From Acidimicrobiia bacterium (lineage in GTDB: Bacteria > Actinomycetota > Acidimicrobiia > Spongiisociales > ZC4RG35): a stretch of DNA of 64,000 nucleotides. Positions 39,476 to 49,081 of the stretch are shown here, one piece after another (the stretch's first letter is position 1; each line of letters starts with the position of its first letter). The stretch lies in the NCBI GenBank assembly GCA_965215185.1, contig OZ244034.1, positions 1,728,001-1,792,000 of the forward strand. Direction: 5' to 3'. The position numbers were made by a program, and so were the translations under genes. The notes under the pieces are model-generated. The model saw only the letters and a list, made by a program, of their open reading frames with translations, searched no databases and was not told the origin of the DNA.

Positions 39476-40606
39476 ATGGTCTTACCGATCCCGGTGGGAG
39501 TCATAGGGCTGGGAACCATTGCCCAGACCCAGCACCTTCCCAACCTCCTCCAACTGGACAGCCTGTTCCGGGTGTCGGCGGTCGCCGACATCTCCCCGCG
39601 GCTTACCGCCGCCATCGCTGACCGGCTTCCCGGACCTGTCTTCACCTCCACAGACTGGCGAGAGGTTTGCAACCATCCGGCGGTGGAGGCGGTGCTGCTT
39701 CTCACCCCGGGCGCCCACCAGATGATGAGTGAGGAGTCCCTTTTGGCCGGAAAGCACGTTTTTGCAGAAAAGCCGCTGTCGCTGACCGTGGCTGGGACCG
39801 AGCACCTGGCCACATTGGCCAAAGAGAAAGACCGGGTGCTGCAGATCGGTTACATGAAGCTTCATGAACAGGTTCTCCCCCATTTGGTGGCTGGACTGGA
39901 AGCCATTGGCGACCTGCGCCTGATCCGCCACTCGGTCCATCACCCCAGCCATCACTCCCAGCACGCCCATGCGGACATCCTTTCCTTCGACGATTCCGAC
40001 CAGGCGGTCCTGGACACCGCGGAGACCTACGAGCTGGCCCACACCGCCGAGGCGATCGGGGATCTCCCCAACCACTGGGGACGTCTCTACCGCAAGTTCC
40101 TGGCGGGATCGTTGATCCACACCGTGTCACTGCTGCGCACCGCTTTCGGCGAACTTCCCCGCATCACGTTCGCCGAGATATGGCCAGCCGCGGCCCTGCG
40201 ACCCGAAGGGGAGCCGCCCAGTCTCTTCGCCCGTGGGGAACTGGCCAATCAGACCCGAGTGGAGATGAGTTGGCTGTGGCTCCCCTCTTACCCGGCCTAC
40301 CAGGAGCGGCTGGAGGTGCACGGAACCGAGGGCTCCCTGCAGCTGTCCCTACCCCAGCCCTATCTGCGCCACCGGACAGCCGATCTCACCATCCATCACC
40401 GTCAAGCGGCGGCCCGCCACCGGGGCAGCACCGACTCGGCCTTCTTGAGAGAGTTGAGGGCCTTCCACCACGCCATCACCACCGGTGACCATGGCGAGGA
40501 CGCATCTGATACCGCCGCCGACCTCGCCTGCCTGCAGAGGATTCTGGCCACCCTGGTGCAAAGCGCCGATCTGTCCCCAGGCGGCGAGGCCGCGGCAGGC
40601 TGCTGA
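39476..40606 (+). CDS. Gfo/Idh/MocA family oxidoreductase
   Basis: GVIGLGTIAQ, KHVFAEKP, QIGYMK. Confidence 0.88.
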   Translation: MVLPIPVGVIGLGTIAQTQHLPNLLQLDSLFRVSAVADISPRLTAAIADRLPGPVFTSTDWREVCNHPAVEAVLLLTPGAHQMMSEESLLAGKHVFAEKPLSLTVAGTEHLATLAKEKDRVLQIGYMKLHEQVLPHLVAGLEAIGDLRLIRHSVHHPSHHSQHAHADILSFDDSDQAVLDTAETYELAHTAEAIGDLPNHWGRLYRKFLAGSLIHTVSLLRTAFGELPRITFAEIWPAAALRPEGEPPSLFARGELANQTRVEMSWLWLPSYPAYQERLEVHGTEGSLQLSLPQPYLRHRTADLTIHHRQAAARHRGSTDSAFLRELRAFHHAITTGDHGEDASDTAADLACLQRILATLVQSADLSPGGEAAAGC

Positions 40607-40631
40607 CTTCCCTCCCCGCCAAGGTTTACGA

Positions 40632-40669
40632 GGAGGCGAGCTTGACCGACCCCGGTCAAGCTCGCCTCC
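40632..40669. terminator. Perfect 17-bp hairpin (terminator-like, no U tract)
   Basis: GGAGGCGAGCTTGACCG-ACCC-CGGTCAAGCTCGCCTCC, 25 nt after the Gfo stop. Confidence 0.7.
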
Positions 40670-40779
40670 ACCGAACGGAATGTGACCTCCAAACCGGCGG
40701 GCACATGGGAACTCGTGCTACTTGGCTAGCCTCAATTCCTTCAGCCGGATTCCAAGCAATATGAGAGGACAACGGCATC

Positions 40780-41718
40780 TTGAACAGTCGGGAAGGCAAA
40801 GATTGGACCACCGACCGCATTCGGGACCTCACGGGCAAGGTGGTGGTGGTGACGGGGGCCAACAGCGGGATCGGGCTGGAGGCTGCCAGAGTGTTGGCCC
40901 GCACAGGCGCCGACACGATCCTGGCCTGCCGATCGGTCGAGCGCGGGCAAAGGGCCATTGACGAAGTCCGAGCCGAGATCCCAGGGTCTACGGTGGAATT
41001 GATGATGCTCGATCTGGGAAGTCTGGCGTCCATAGAACGATTCGCCCGGGCCTTCATCCGATCCCGCCCGCGGCTTGATGTGCTGATCAACAACGCCGGG
41101 ATCATGGCGGTTCCGTATTCGCAGACCGAAGACGGCTTCGAAAGCCAGATGGGCACCAATCATCTGGGACATTTCGCCTTGACCGGTAGGCTGCTTGAAC
41201 TCCTGCTGGCTACAACCGGCGCCCGGGTCGTGACCGTTAGCAGCGTAGCCCATCGCGCCGGGAAGATGGACTTCAGCAATCTGCTCTTCGAGAACCGCGG
41301 CTACTCGCCGTTCCGCGCTTACTGGCGTTCCAAGCTGGCCAACCTGCTCTTCACCTATGAACTTCAGCGACGCTTTGAATCCGCCGGCGCCGACGCGCTG
41401 TCCCTTGCCGCCCATCCGGGATTCTCGTCAACCGACATTGGCCGTCACCTCGGCCGCCATTGGTATTCCCGGCTGGAGCGACCCTTGCTCCACACCTTCT
41501 CGCAGAGACCATCCATGGGCGCCCTGCCAGCCCTGCGGGCCGCGGTTGATTCCAAGGTCAAGGGAGGGCAGTACTACGGTCCGGGCGGTTTTCTGGGTTT
41601 GCGAGGAAGTCCCGTTCTGGTGAAATCAAATGCAGCCTCGCGCAACCAGCAACATGCCCGCCAGCTTTGGCAGGCCTCGGAAAAACTCACCGGCACTCAC
41701 TACTCACAAGTGCAATAA
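40780..41718 (+). CDS. SDR oxidoreductase (retinol dehydrogenase/WWOX-like)
   Basis: TGANSGIG, NNAGIM, TNHLGHF, YWRSKLAN, HPG. Confidence 0.92.
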   Translation: MNSREGKDWTTDRIRDLTGKVVVVTGANSGIGLEAARVLARTGADTILACRSVERGQRAIDEVRAEIPGSTVELMMLDLGSLASIERFARAFIRSRPRLDVLINNAGIMAVPYSQTEDGFESQMGTNHLGHFALTGRLLELLLATTGARVVTVSSVAHRAGKMDFSNLLFENRGYSPFRAYWRSKLANLLFTYELQRRFESAGADALSLAAHPGFSSTDIGRHLGRHWYSRLERPLLHTFSQRPSMGALPALRAAVDSKVKGGQYYGPGGFLGLRGSPVLVKSNAASRNQQHARQLWQASEKLTGTHYSQVQ

Positions 41719-41883
41719 CACACATCAAATCGTGCCGCCGCAACCCGGCCCCGCACATCGTCTTGAAGAATCTCTTAACAAGACACTGAGATTTGGTTCC
41801 GGCTGCGCTCCGGATGGGTCGGCCGAGCTAAACCTGCAATATGCGACGGGCGGTGTTCCTCGCCTCCCCATCGTCCCCCAAAG

Positions 41884-42018
41884 TCCCCCCCGAAAACAGC
41901 GGCGAAGAAGCCCACCGCGATCGCTCCATACAAACCGGCAAGAGCGCCTAGACCTGACGCCACCCCCAAATGATCCCTCTAAAACATCCCCGCGAAAAGT
42001 ATGAGAGTCATATCGCAT
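41884..42018 (-). pseudogene. SulP paralog N-terminal remnant
   Basis: MRYDSHTFRGDVL..[shift/deletion]..GVASGLGALAGLYGAIAVGFFAAVFGG matches LKYDLQVARGDVL...GVVSGLGVIAGLYGAIAVGFFASLFWG of the adjacent SulP. Confidence 0.85.
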
Positions 42019-42106
42019 GGCGTTTTGATGCCCCGCGGTTGAGACAGACCCTCCAATAAGGGCAAGGAAGCATCGGCGCCGCCGGCCTGGCATGCGCAAC
42101 TGCGTA

Positions 42107-43798
42107 CTAATCGAGTATCCCCAATGCGATCTCTCGCGCCTCGTCCATGGTGGACACATAGCGATCTTTGGGGATCTTGCGCAGAATGTCCAGCTTTTGG
42201 AAACTCTCGCCAACCGGACCGTCGAGGCCCATCACAATGCATTCGGTGTTTTCTGCGATGGCGACGTCCACCAATCGCTCCACTACGAAGGCGGCGCTGT
42301 CGTCCATGTAGTTGGTGTCGCTGAAATCGAGTATTACGACCTCATGATCCTGGATGTCCACGCCGATGGTGCTGAACATCCGATTGGAGGATGCCACCGT
42401 AAAGGTGCCCCTGAAAGCCACCAAACCCACCCGCGCGGAAAAGGGATCCACGTCATCTGAGAAAAAGTCCAGGTCATCGGAGAGCAGATCAAAAGCATCT
42501 AACAGACCCTCTTCATCTTCGCCTTCTTCTTTCTGGTCGGCCAGGAAACTGATGTCAAGCAGTGGAACCGAGATCACGCTGTCCAATTCCAAGTACTCGA
42601 ACTGGCGGGCACTCACCAAAGCCGCCACGATCAACCCCAGCATGATGGCGCTGAGCAGATCGGCGAACACCGTCAGTCCCAAGGTGATAAGCATCACCAC
42701 CAAGTGTTCCCGCTGCACCTTATGGATACGTTTGATGAATCGCCAATCGATGATATCCCAACCCACCTTCATCAGGATGCCGGCCAGCACCGCATGGGGA
42801 ATCTGTCCGACATAACTTCCGAGACCCAACACCAGGGTCAACAGAACCAACGAACAGAGCACTCCCGACACCGGCGTTCGCCCACCGATGCGGGCGTTCA
42901 CCACCGTGGCCGGAATGTTCCCGGCGCCCGGCATGCCCCCGAACAGTCCGGAAACGATATTCCCCACACCCTGGCCCATCAACTCCCGGTTGGGCTTGTG
43001 GGTAGTCCGAGTTATTGAATCTGCTATCAACGACATGAGCAGGGTGTTGATGGATGCGAGCAGGGCAAGCACCAGCGCCGGTTGAAAGGAACTCACCAGA
43101 TGCTGCAGGACCGTGTGGGTGTCGATAATGTCCGGCAGCCCGGTCGGGACTTCGCCTATCAGCGGCGACCCGGTTAGCCAGACAAGGCCCAGGAGCGTCC
43201 CCACTATCAACGCCGCCAGGCTGGGAGGCAAGAACCGTCTGAGTTTCTTGGGCCAATACACCCCCACCATCAGCGTGATCACGCCAATGGCCAACGAATG
43301 GAAGTTGATGCCACCCATCGCTGCCGGCATGGCCAGGAGCGCTCCCACGGTCCCGCCCCCCGGTGAACCGGCACCCAAGATAGGCAGGACCTGCAGCAGC
43401 ACGATGATCACACCCACACCCGACGTGAAGCCCGATATCACCGAATAGGGCGTGTAGGCCACGTACCGGCCCATCTTTATTGCGCCCAGAACAATCTGGA
43501 TCACGCCGGCCATGATCACTATCGAGAATGCTTCGGTGAGATTCTCCGCATAATTTCCCACCACCACCGCCATCGCCACCGCCATCGGGCCGGTGGGTCC
43601 CGAAATCAAAGAACGCGTCCCCCAGAACAAGGAAGCGAAGAAACCCACTGCGATCGCCCCATACAGGCCGGCGATCACACCCAGGCCCGACACCACCCCG
43701 TAGGCCAGAGCCATGGGCAACAGAACCACGGCCGAAGTGATCCCACCGAGGACATCCCCCCGCGCAACTTGGAGGTCGTATTTCAAAGTTGTCTCCAT
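42107..43798 (-). CDS. SulP family inorganic anion transporter with STAS domain
   Basis: GDVLGGIT, GLYGAI, ISGPTGPM, ELMGQG, VILDFS...MDDSA. Confidence 0.93.
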   Translation of the reverse strand: METTLKYDLQVARGDVLGGITSAVVLLPMALAYGVVSGLGVIAGLYGAIAVGFFASLFWGTRSLISGPTGPMAVAMAVVVGNYAENLTEAFSIVIMAGVIQIVLGAIKMGRYVAYTPYSVISGFTSGVGVIIVLLQVLPILGAGSPGGGTVGALLAMPAAMGGINFHSLAIGVITLMVGVYWPKKLRRFLPPSLAALIVGTLLGLVWLTGSPLIGEVPTGLPDIIDTHTVLQHLVSSFQPALVLALLASINTLLMSLIADSITRTTHKPNRELMGQGVGNIVSGLFGGMPGAGNIPATVVNARIGGRTPVSGVLCSLVLLTLVLGLGSYVGQIPHAVLAGILMKVGWDIIDWRFIKRIHKVQREHLVVMLITLGLTVFADLLSAIMLGLIVAALVSARQFEYLELDSVISVPLLDISFLADQKEEGEDEEGLLDAFDLLSDDLDFFSDDVDPFSARVGLVAFRGTFTVASSNRMFSTIGVDIQDHEVVILDFSDTNYMDDSAAFVVERLVDVAIAENTECIVMGLDGPVGESFQKLDILRKIPKDRYVSTMDEAREIALGILD

Positions 43799-43863
43799 CC
43801 CACCGGGCGGCCAAGAAAAATGGTAACCACCCTCGCGGAACAATCGCTTTGTCTAGCCGAGTC

Positions 43864-44151
43864 TTAGCCGATCGCGTCGACCTTTTCTACAAAACGACGG
43901 TCCCTGGGAGAAAGCCCACCCACATCGTGGCTGGTAATGGCCAACTCCACCCGGTTGTAGACATTCGACCACTCGGGATGATGAAACAGGCGCTCGGCGA
44001 TGAGGGCCACATGGGTCATGAAGGCGAAAGCGGCCTGGAAATCGGAAAATTCATAGGAGCGCCGCAACACAACACCATCCCGCCGCCAGTGCGGATGGGC
44101 AGCCAACAGCTGCGCAATCTCCTCTTCGGTGAGAAGGGTCTTGCCGCCCAC
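43864..44151 (-). CDS. phhB: Pterin-4-alpha-carbinolamine dehydratase
   Basis: [26 protein letters not shown]...SHD.GGLS..D; GTG start overlapping the VOC stop. Confidence 0.9.
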   Translation of the reverse strand: MGGKTLLTEEEIAQLLAAHPHWRRDGVVLRRSYEFSDFQAAFAFMTHVALIAERLFHHPEWSNVYNRVELAITSHDVGGLSPRDRRFVEKVDAIG

Positions 44152-44600
44152 TATCGAGGCGGCTGCATCAGCTCGATACGGAAACCGTCGGGATCGAGCA
44201 TCATCACCGTCCGGCCCCCCTTGTTCGGGCCTATGGTGGGAGTGACCGGCCGAGAGACCGACCCGACTCCCATAGAGGTCAGTCTTTCGTAAAGCGAATC
44301 GCAGTCGTCGACCCGGAAGGCGAGGTGGGCCGTGCCGGGGTTGGCGGTTGCAGGGTCGATCGCCTGCCGCTCCACATTGCGATACTCCAGGATCTCCAGA
44401 ATGCTGTCGGAGTTGGGCAACCGCAAGATGGCGCCGTGCATGTCCACACCGGGATATCCGGAAAACTCTTCGATGTAGGGAGCTTGGCGGTTCCAACGCA
44501 GGACCAACTCCAGCCCCAGCAGGTCGCTGTAGAACTCCAAGGACGCATCCAGGTCGGTTACCTGTATCCCCGTATGGTGATGGCCGACTATTTCTCCCAC
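44151..44600 (-). CDS. VOC (glyoxalase-like) family protein
   Basis: [34 protein letters not shown]. Confidence 0.9.
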   Translation of the reverse strand: MGEIVGHHHTGIQVTDLDASLEFYSDLLGLELVLRWNRQAPYIEEFSGYPGVDMHGAILRLPNSDSILEILEYRNVERQAIDPATANPGTAHLAFRVDDCDSLYERLTSMGVGSVSRPVTPTIGPNKGGRTVMMLDPDGFRIELMQPPR

Positions 44601-44727
44601 TCGAAAACCTCCTTGGGACTCTTACCAAGAACATCATATACCCCGACGGATCGGGCGGGCGGAAGGTCGGCCCGTCCGGTCACAGCCATAGAGCGGAGCG
44701 TCTGTGGTGACGACAGGGTGGTCGGCG

Positions 44728-45471
44728 TCAGAAGGTGGGGGCGTCTGCGCCGAACCACTTCTCTATGAGGGCGTTCAGCGAGCCGTCCTCTGTCATGGAG
44801 TCAATAGCCCCATTCAATTTATCTCTCAGTTCGTCGTCGCCTTCCCGGACACCGACGCCGACTCCGACGCTCAGAATCACCTCAGGACCGAGGATGATGA
44901 GCCTCCCGTCGTTTGCCGCCAAGCTGTCGTTGGCGAACTCCGAGTCGACCAGCGCTGCGTCCACGTCGCCGTTTAGGACCGCCGAAACGAGCTCTTCGGC
45001 CAACCCGTACTCCCGAAGCGACTCCCCGGCTTGGGTCAGATAATCGGCCTGGAGAGTGGCCACTTGGGCGGCGATAGTGCCGTTGACCACCTCTTCGGAC
45101 ACGCCGGACCGGACGATATACACCGACGGGCTGGGCGGTATGTACGGCTGGGTGAAGTCGATCACCTCGTCCCGCTCGTCGTTGATACCCATGCCGGCCA
45201 TGATGGTGTCATAGTTGCCAGCCACCAGATTAGGGATGATGGTTTCCCAGTCGTTCAGCATCCAGGTGCATTCGAGGTCCGAGCGACGGCACAACTCGTC
45301 ACCCAATTCCCGCTCGAACCCGGCGACTTCACCATCCTCGTCGATAAAGTTGTAGGGAGGGTAGAATCCCTCGGTTCCCATCCGGACCGCCGCCGATTGC
45401 CCGGTGCACGACACCGACAAAGCCAGGATCCCTGCCGCGACGAGGACGGTTCTGATCAAGTTCACCTTCAC
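44728..45471 (-). CDS. Polar amino acid ABC substrate-binding lipoprotein
   Basis: Lipobox-like LSVSC, GTEGFYPPYN, IDFTQPY, LIEKWF. Confidence 0.9.
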   Translation of the reverse strand: MKVNLIRTVLVAAGILALSVSCTGQSAAVRMGTEGFYPPYNFIDEDGEVAGFERELGDELCRRSDLECTWMLNDWETIIPNLVAGNYDTIMAGMGINDERDEVIDFTQPYIPPSPSVYIVRSGVSEEVVNGTIAAQVATLQADYLTQAGESLREYGLAEELVSAVLNGDVDAALVDSEFANDSLAANDGRLIILGPEVILSVGVGVGVREGDDELRDKLNGAIDSMTEDGSLNALIEKWFGADAPTF

Positions 45472-45569
45472 GTTCGCGCCGAATCGTACTTCACGTCCTG
45501 GGATCCCGTATTACGAGCCGGCGCTGTTTGAACTCGATGACCGTTGGCGCCCTTGCTTCGGAGCCTCCT

Positions 45570-46718
45570 CTACGCTTGGAAGCCGTCCATGCGGGACAGA
45601 ACATCCAACATGGTCTCATCGGACCCGCCGCCGATCGAGCCCAAGCGGCTGTCCCGGAAGAATCGGGCGGTCCAGGTCTCCTCCATGTACCCGATCCCCC
45701 CATGGAACTGGATCGCCCAGTCGGCCGTCTCCCTCGCCAGCCGGCCCGACTTGAGTTTGGCGATGGTGGCGAACCGCGTGGGGTCCTCTCCCCGCATGTA
45801 GGCCTCGGCGGCGGCGTAGTTGTAGTGACGCAGCAGGTCCAGGTCGGCGGCGAGCTCAGCCAGTCGATAACGGATGTACTGGTGGCTCAGTAACGGCTTG
45901 CCGAACACCTTCCGTTCCCGCAAGTACTGGGCGGTTCGCTTCAGGGCCCGCTCACAGGATCCCACCGTCGAATAGGCGGCCCACATCCTTTCCACCACGA
46001 ACTGGGTCATTTGCTGCTGGAAACCCTTTCCCGCCACCCCGATGGTGTTCGACACCGGCACCGCCAAGTCGGTGAAGGTCAGAAGGCCGGTGTCGGACGC
46101 CCGCATTCCCAGCTTGTCGAGCTTGCGGGAGACTTCGAAGCCCGGCAGGTCGGTTGGGACCACAATCTGGCTCATCCCGCCATGTCCCCCCTCGTCGGAG
46201 GTTCGGGCCAGTAAGCACAGCCAATCGGCCTGCAAACCGTTGGTGATGTACATCTTCGATCCGTTGATGATCCACTGATCGCCGTCTCTCGTCGCCCGGG
46301 TCTTGATGGCCGCCACATCCGACCCGGCGTCGGGTTCAGTAACTGCGATTGAGGTCACCATCTCCCCCCGCAGGGCGGGCCTCAGATAGCGGTGTTTTAG
46401 CTCATCGGATCCATGCTGGTGAAGTGACGGTGTGGCCATATCGACCTGCACTCCCAGCGCCATGCCGATCGACCCGTGATCGGCCCGGCCAAATTCTTCG
46501 GCGAGCACCACCGTGAAGAGATGATCGGCCCCCTGCCCGCCATAGGCGGGATCGTATTCCAGACCCAGGAATCCCAATTTCGCCATCTGACCGAAGATCT
46601 CGTGTAGAGGCATTTGTCCGTCCTGCTCCCATTGCTCTACCCGAGGATTGATCTCCTCCTCCACGAACCGGCGCACCACCTGACGAAACATGTGGTGCTC
46701 TTCGGAGAACGCCATCAT
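45570..46718 (-). CDS. Acyl-CoA dehydrogenase (citronellyl-CoA dehydrogenase AtuD-like)
   Basis: GVQVDMATP.L, IAVTEPDAGSDVA, GFQQQM.QF..ER, SIGGGSDE. Confidence 0.88.
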   Translation of the reverse strand: MMAFSEEHHMFRQVVRRFVEEEINPRVEQWEQDGQMPLHEIFGQMAKLGFLGLEYDPAYGGQGADHLFTVVLAEEFGRADHGSIGMALGVQVDMATPSLHQHGSDELKHRYLRPALRGEMVTSIAVTEPDAGSDVAAIKTRATRDGDQWIINGSKMYITNGLQADWLCLLARTSDEGGHGGMSQIVVPTDLPGFEVSRKLDKLGMRASDTGLLTFTDLAVPVSNTIGVAGKGFQQQMTQFVVERMWAAYSTVGSCERALKRTAQYLRERKVFGKPLLSHQYIRYRLAELAADLDLLRHYNYAAAEAYMRGEDPTRFATIAKLKSGRLARETADWAIQFHGGIGYMEETWTARFFRDSRLGSIGGGSDETMLDVLSRMDGFQA

Positions 46719-46832
46719 CTACTCCTTCGGTTGGATCCGGGTCAAGAGGCCGTCACGCCGCGGCGACAGCCACTCGCACACTCCCTTGCCCATTGAAGTT
46801 ACACCAAAGGGCCTGACCTGCCACTCCCGAAC

Positions 46833-48029
46833 TCAGAGCTCGGCCGAGCGGAAAGCCTCCCGAATACCCACCTTGCTGCCGAAACGCAGCAATCCGCCCA
46901 GATACACTCGCCCCGCCAGCCGAACCATCGCCACGACGGTGAAAGCCATCACCGCCACCGACACCGCCAACTCCCACCACGGGATCGCTTGGAAGGCGAA
47001 TCGGACCGGGACCACGAAGGGGGCGATCGGCGGGATGAAAGTGGAAACCACGGCCAAGGTGCTGGTGGGGTTCCCCACGGCCTGCATGGCGATGACAAAA
47101 CCGGCCACCGCGATCATGGAGATGGGAGCTACCACGCTCTGGGCGTCCTCCGCCCGGGAAACCAGCGCGCCCGCCGCGCCGAAGGCCACCGCGAACAGCG
47201 AATACCCCAGAATGAACCACAGCACCAAAATAAGGATGCTGTCGATCGGAAAGTCCGGCAGATCGAAGACGCCGGTAACCCGTACCCCCACCAGGGCGAT
47301 CACCACCGTCCCCACGAACTGGGCCAGCCCGAGGAGCCCGATCCCCATGATCTTGCCGGCAAGCAACTGCCACGGTTGGAATGCGGCCAGCAACACTTCC
47401 ACCACCCGATTGGTCTTTTCTTCGGTTACGCCGGTCAAAATCATTGATCCGTACAACAGCACCGCCATGTACATCAGAAACAGCCCACCGAAGGCAATAA
47501 TCGTCCGTTCGGCGTTCTCTTCCGGATCGGCGCCCGACAGCGACCGTACCCCCAGGGGATCGGAGGTGAGAATCTCCACCACATCGGCCGCTCCCGAGGC
47601 GACCAGACTTTCGATCTGCACCGAGCGAGCGCCCCGCTGGAGATGTCGCTGGACATCTCCACCTGATTCTCCGTCCGCCCCCCGTACCACTAACTCCCTT
47701 CCCTCCACCAGCACCAAGTCCACCTCGCTCTCGTCGGCCGCTTTCTCGGCGGCGGCCAACGAATCGAATCTGACCATCTCAATGGTGGTCTTCACCTGGC
47801 TGCCCTCATAGTTGGCCAACGCCAGCGCCGCCTCGATCACCGCCTGGTTGCCGTCGCCAACCACACCCACCTCATAGTGGACATCGTCGTCAGCGAAGAC
47901 GATGGGAAGCACCAGACCCGCCGCCACAAACAGCAGAACAATCACGACGGATACGATGAAAGCCCCCGACCGCGACCTCTCCCTTATTTCTCTGCCCATC
48001 ACCAGCCGGATCGCCTGCAGGGAATTCAT
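46833..48029 (-). CDS. ABC-2 type permease (NatB/YhaP-like)
   Basis: EEKTNRVVEVLLA...LLAGK. Confidence 0.9.
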   Translation of the reverse strand: MNSLQAIRLVMGREIRERSRSGAFIVSVVIVLLFVAAGLVLPIVFADDDVHYEVGVVGDGNQAVIEAALALANYEGSQVKTTIEMVRFDSLAAAEKAADESEVDLVLVEGRELVVRGADGESGGDVQRHLQRGARSVQIESLVASGAADVVEILTSDPLGVRSLSGADPEENAERTIIAFGGLFLMYMAVLLYGSMILTGVTEEKTNRVVEVLLAAFQPWQLLAGKIMGIGLLGLAQFVGTVVIALVGVRVTGVFDLPDFPIDSILILVLWFILGYSLFAVAFGAAGALVSRAEDAQSVVAPISMIAVAGFVIAMQAVGNPTSTLAVVSTFIPPIAPFVVPVRFAFQAIPWWELAVSVAVMAFTVVAMVRLAGRVYLGGLLRFGSKVGIREAFRSAEL

Positions 48030-48916
48030 CGGGTCACCGCTTCACGGAAGAGTTCCGACAGAGAAGGCGCGGAAAAGGTGAAGTGCCTGACATCGCCTCC
48101 CAAGTCGAGCCGAGATACGAGATCACTCAGATCGCCGCCTTTTCTAACCACTATCCGGTGCCGATAACCGTCGAAATCCACCGAGACCACCGCTTCCAGA
48201 CCGCTGATACCCTCAATGCCCCTCGTGCCCATCTCCAATTCGATCACCCAATGAGGAGAGTCTTCTTTTAGCCGGCGCACCTCCCCCGACATGACAATCC
48301 TGCCCCGATTGATGATCGCCACGTCCTGGCAGAGATCCTCCACCGTGTCGAGCTGATGGCTCGAAAACACCACCGCCGCTCCGGCGGCTGCCCGGGCCCG
48401 CAGCACATTGGCCATGGTCTCCACGCCGAAGGGGTCAAGGCCACTGAACGGTTCGTCCAGCACCAACAGCTCAGGATCATGCATCAGGGCCGCGGCCAAC
48501 TGAATGCGCTGTTGGTTTCCATGCGACAGCTTCTCGAGAGGGTCCTTGGCTCTATCGGACAAACCGAGTTCTTCCAGCCATCGCTCGACGGCCGCCTCGG
48601 CTTCGGCAGTGGTCATGCCGTGAATGCGTCCCAGATAGGTAAGCTGTCGACCCACTTTCATCTTCGGGTAGAGGCCCCGCTGCTCCGGCATGTACCCAAA
48701 CCGCAAACGCTGCGACTGTCCCACCGGTTTGCCCCTCCAACTGACGGACCCCTCATCGAGTCGCACCAGATTAAAAACGGATCGCATGGCGGTGGTCTTG
48801 CCCGCTCCGTTGGGGCCCAGGAACCCCAGCATCCGTCCTCGTTCCACTCTGAAACTGCACTCATCCAGGGCCTGCACTTCGCCGTATCGCTTGGAAAGCC
48901 GGCTCAATTTCAGCAT
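48026..48916 (-). CDS. ABC transporter ATP-binding protein
   Basis: GPNGAGKT, LSHGNQQ, LDEPFSGLDP. Confidence 0.93.
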   Translation of the reverse strand: MLKLSRLSKRYGEVQALDECSFRVERGRMLGFLGPNGAGKTTAMRSVFNLVRLDEGSVSWRGKPVGQSQRLRFGYMPEQRGLYPKMKVGRQLTYLGRIHGMTTAEAEAAVERWLEELGLSDRAKDPLEKLSHGNQQRIQLAAALMHDPELLVLDEPFSGLDPFGVETMANVLRARAAAGAAVVFSSHQLDTVEDLCQDVAIINRGRIVMSGEVRRLKEDSPHWVIELEMGTRGIEGISGLEAVVSVDFDGYRHRIVVRKGGDLSDLVSRLDLGGDVRHFTFSAPSLSELFREAVTR

Positions 48917-49061
48917 CAGGTCCCTTTCGCCGTAACAGTTCGCATCATATGTGGGGACCGCACCTATGCAAAAGCGTTTTTCGATGGATTAATACCGGCA
49001 GACCCGGGGGGAGACGCCACAGGGTTGCGCACTTGTCTCCATTTGATTCAATAGCTTTTGT

Positions 49062-49077
49062 ATCAGTAATACTTGAT
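49062..49077 (+). promoter_or_regulatory. Putative ArsR operator
   Basis: ATCAGTAATACTTGAT, an ATCA-N8-TGAT dyad in an AT-rich patch 4 nt before the arsR-arsC ATG. Confidence 0.55.
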
Positions 49078-49081
49078 CTAT

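Noticed and set aside
43864-44637. 257-aa extended or fused PhhB
   Set aside because: The extension is an alternative frame of the VOC gene; the real PhhB starts at GTG 44151.
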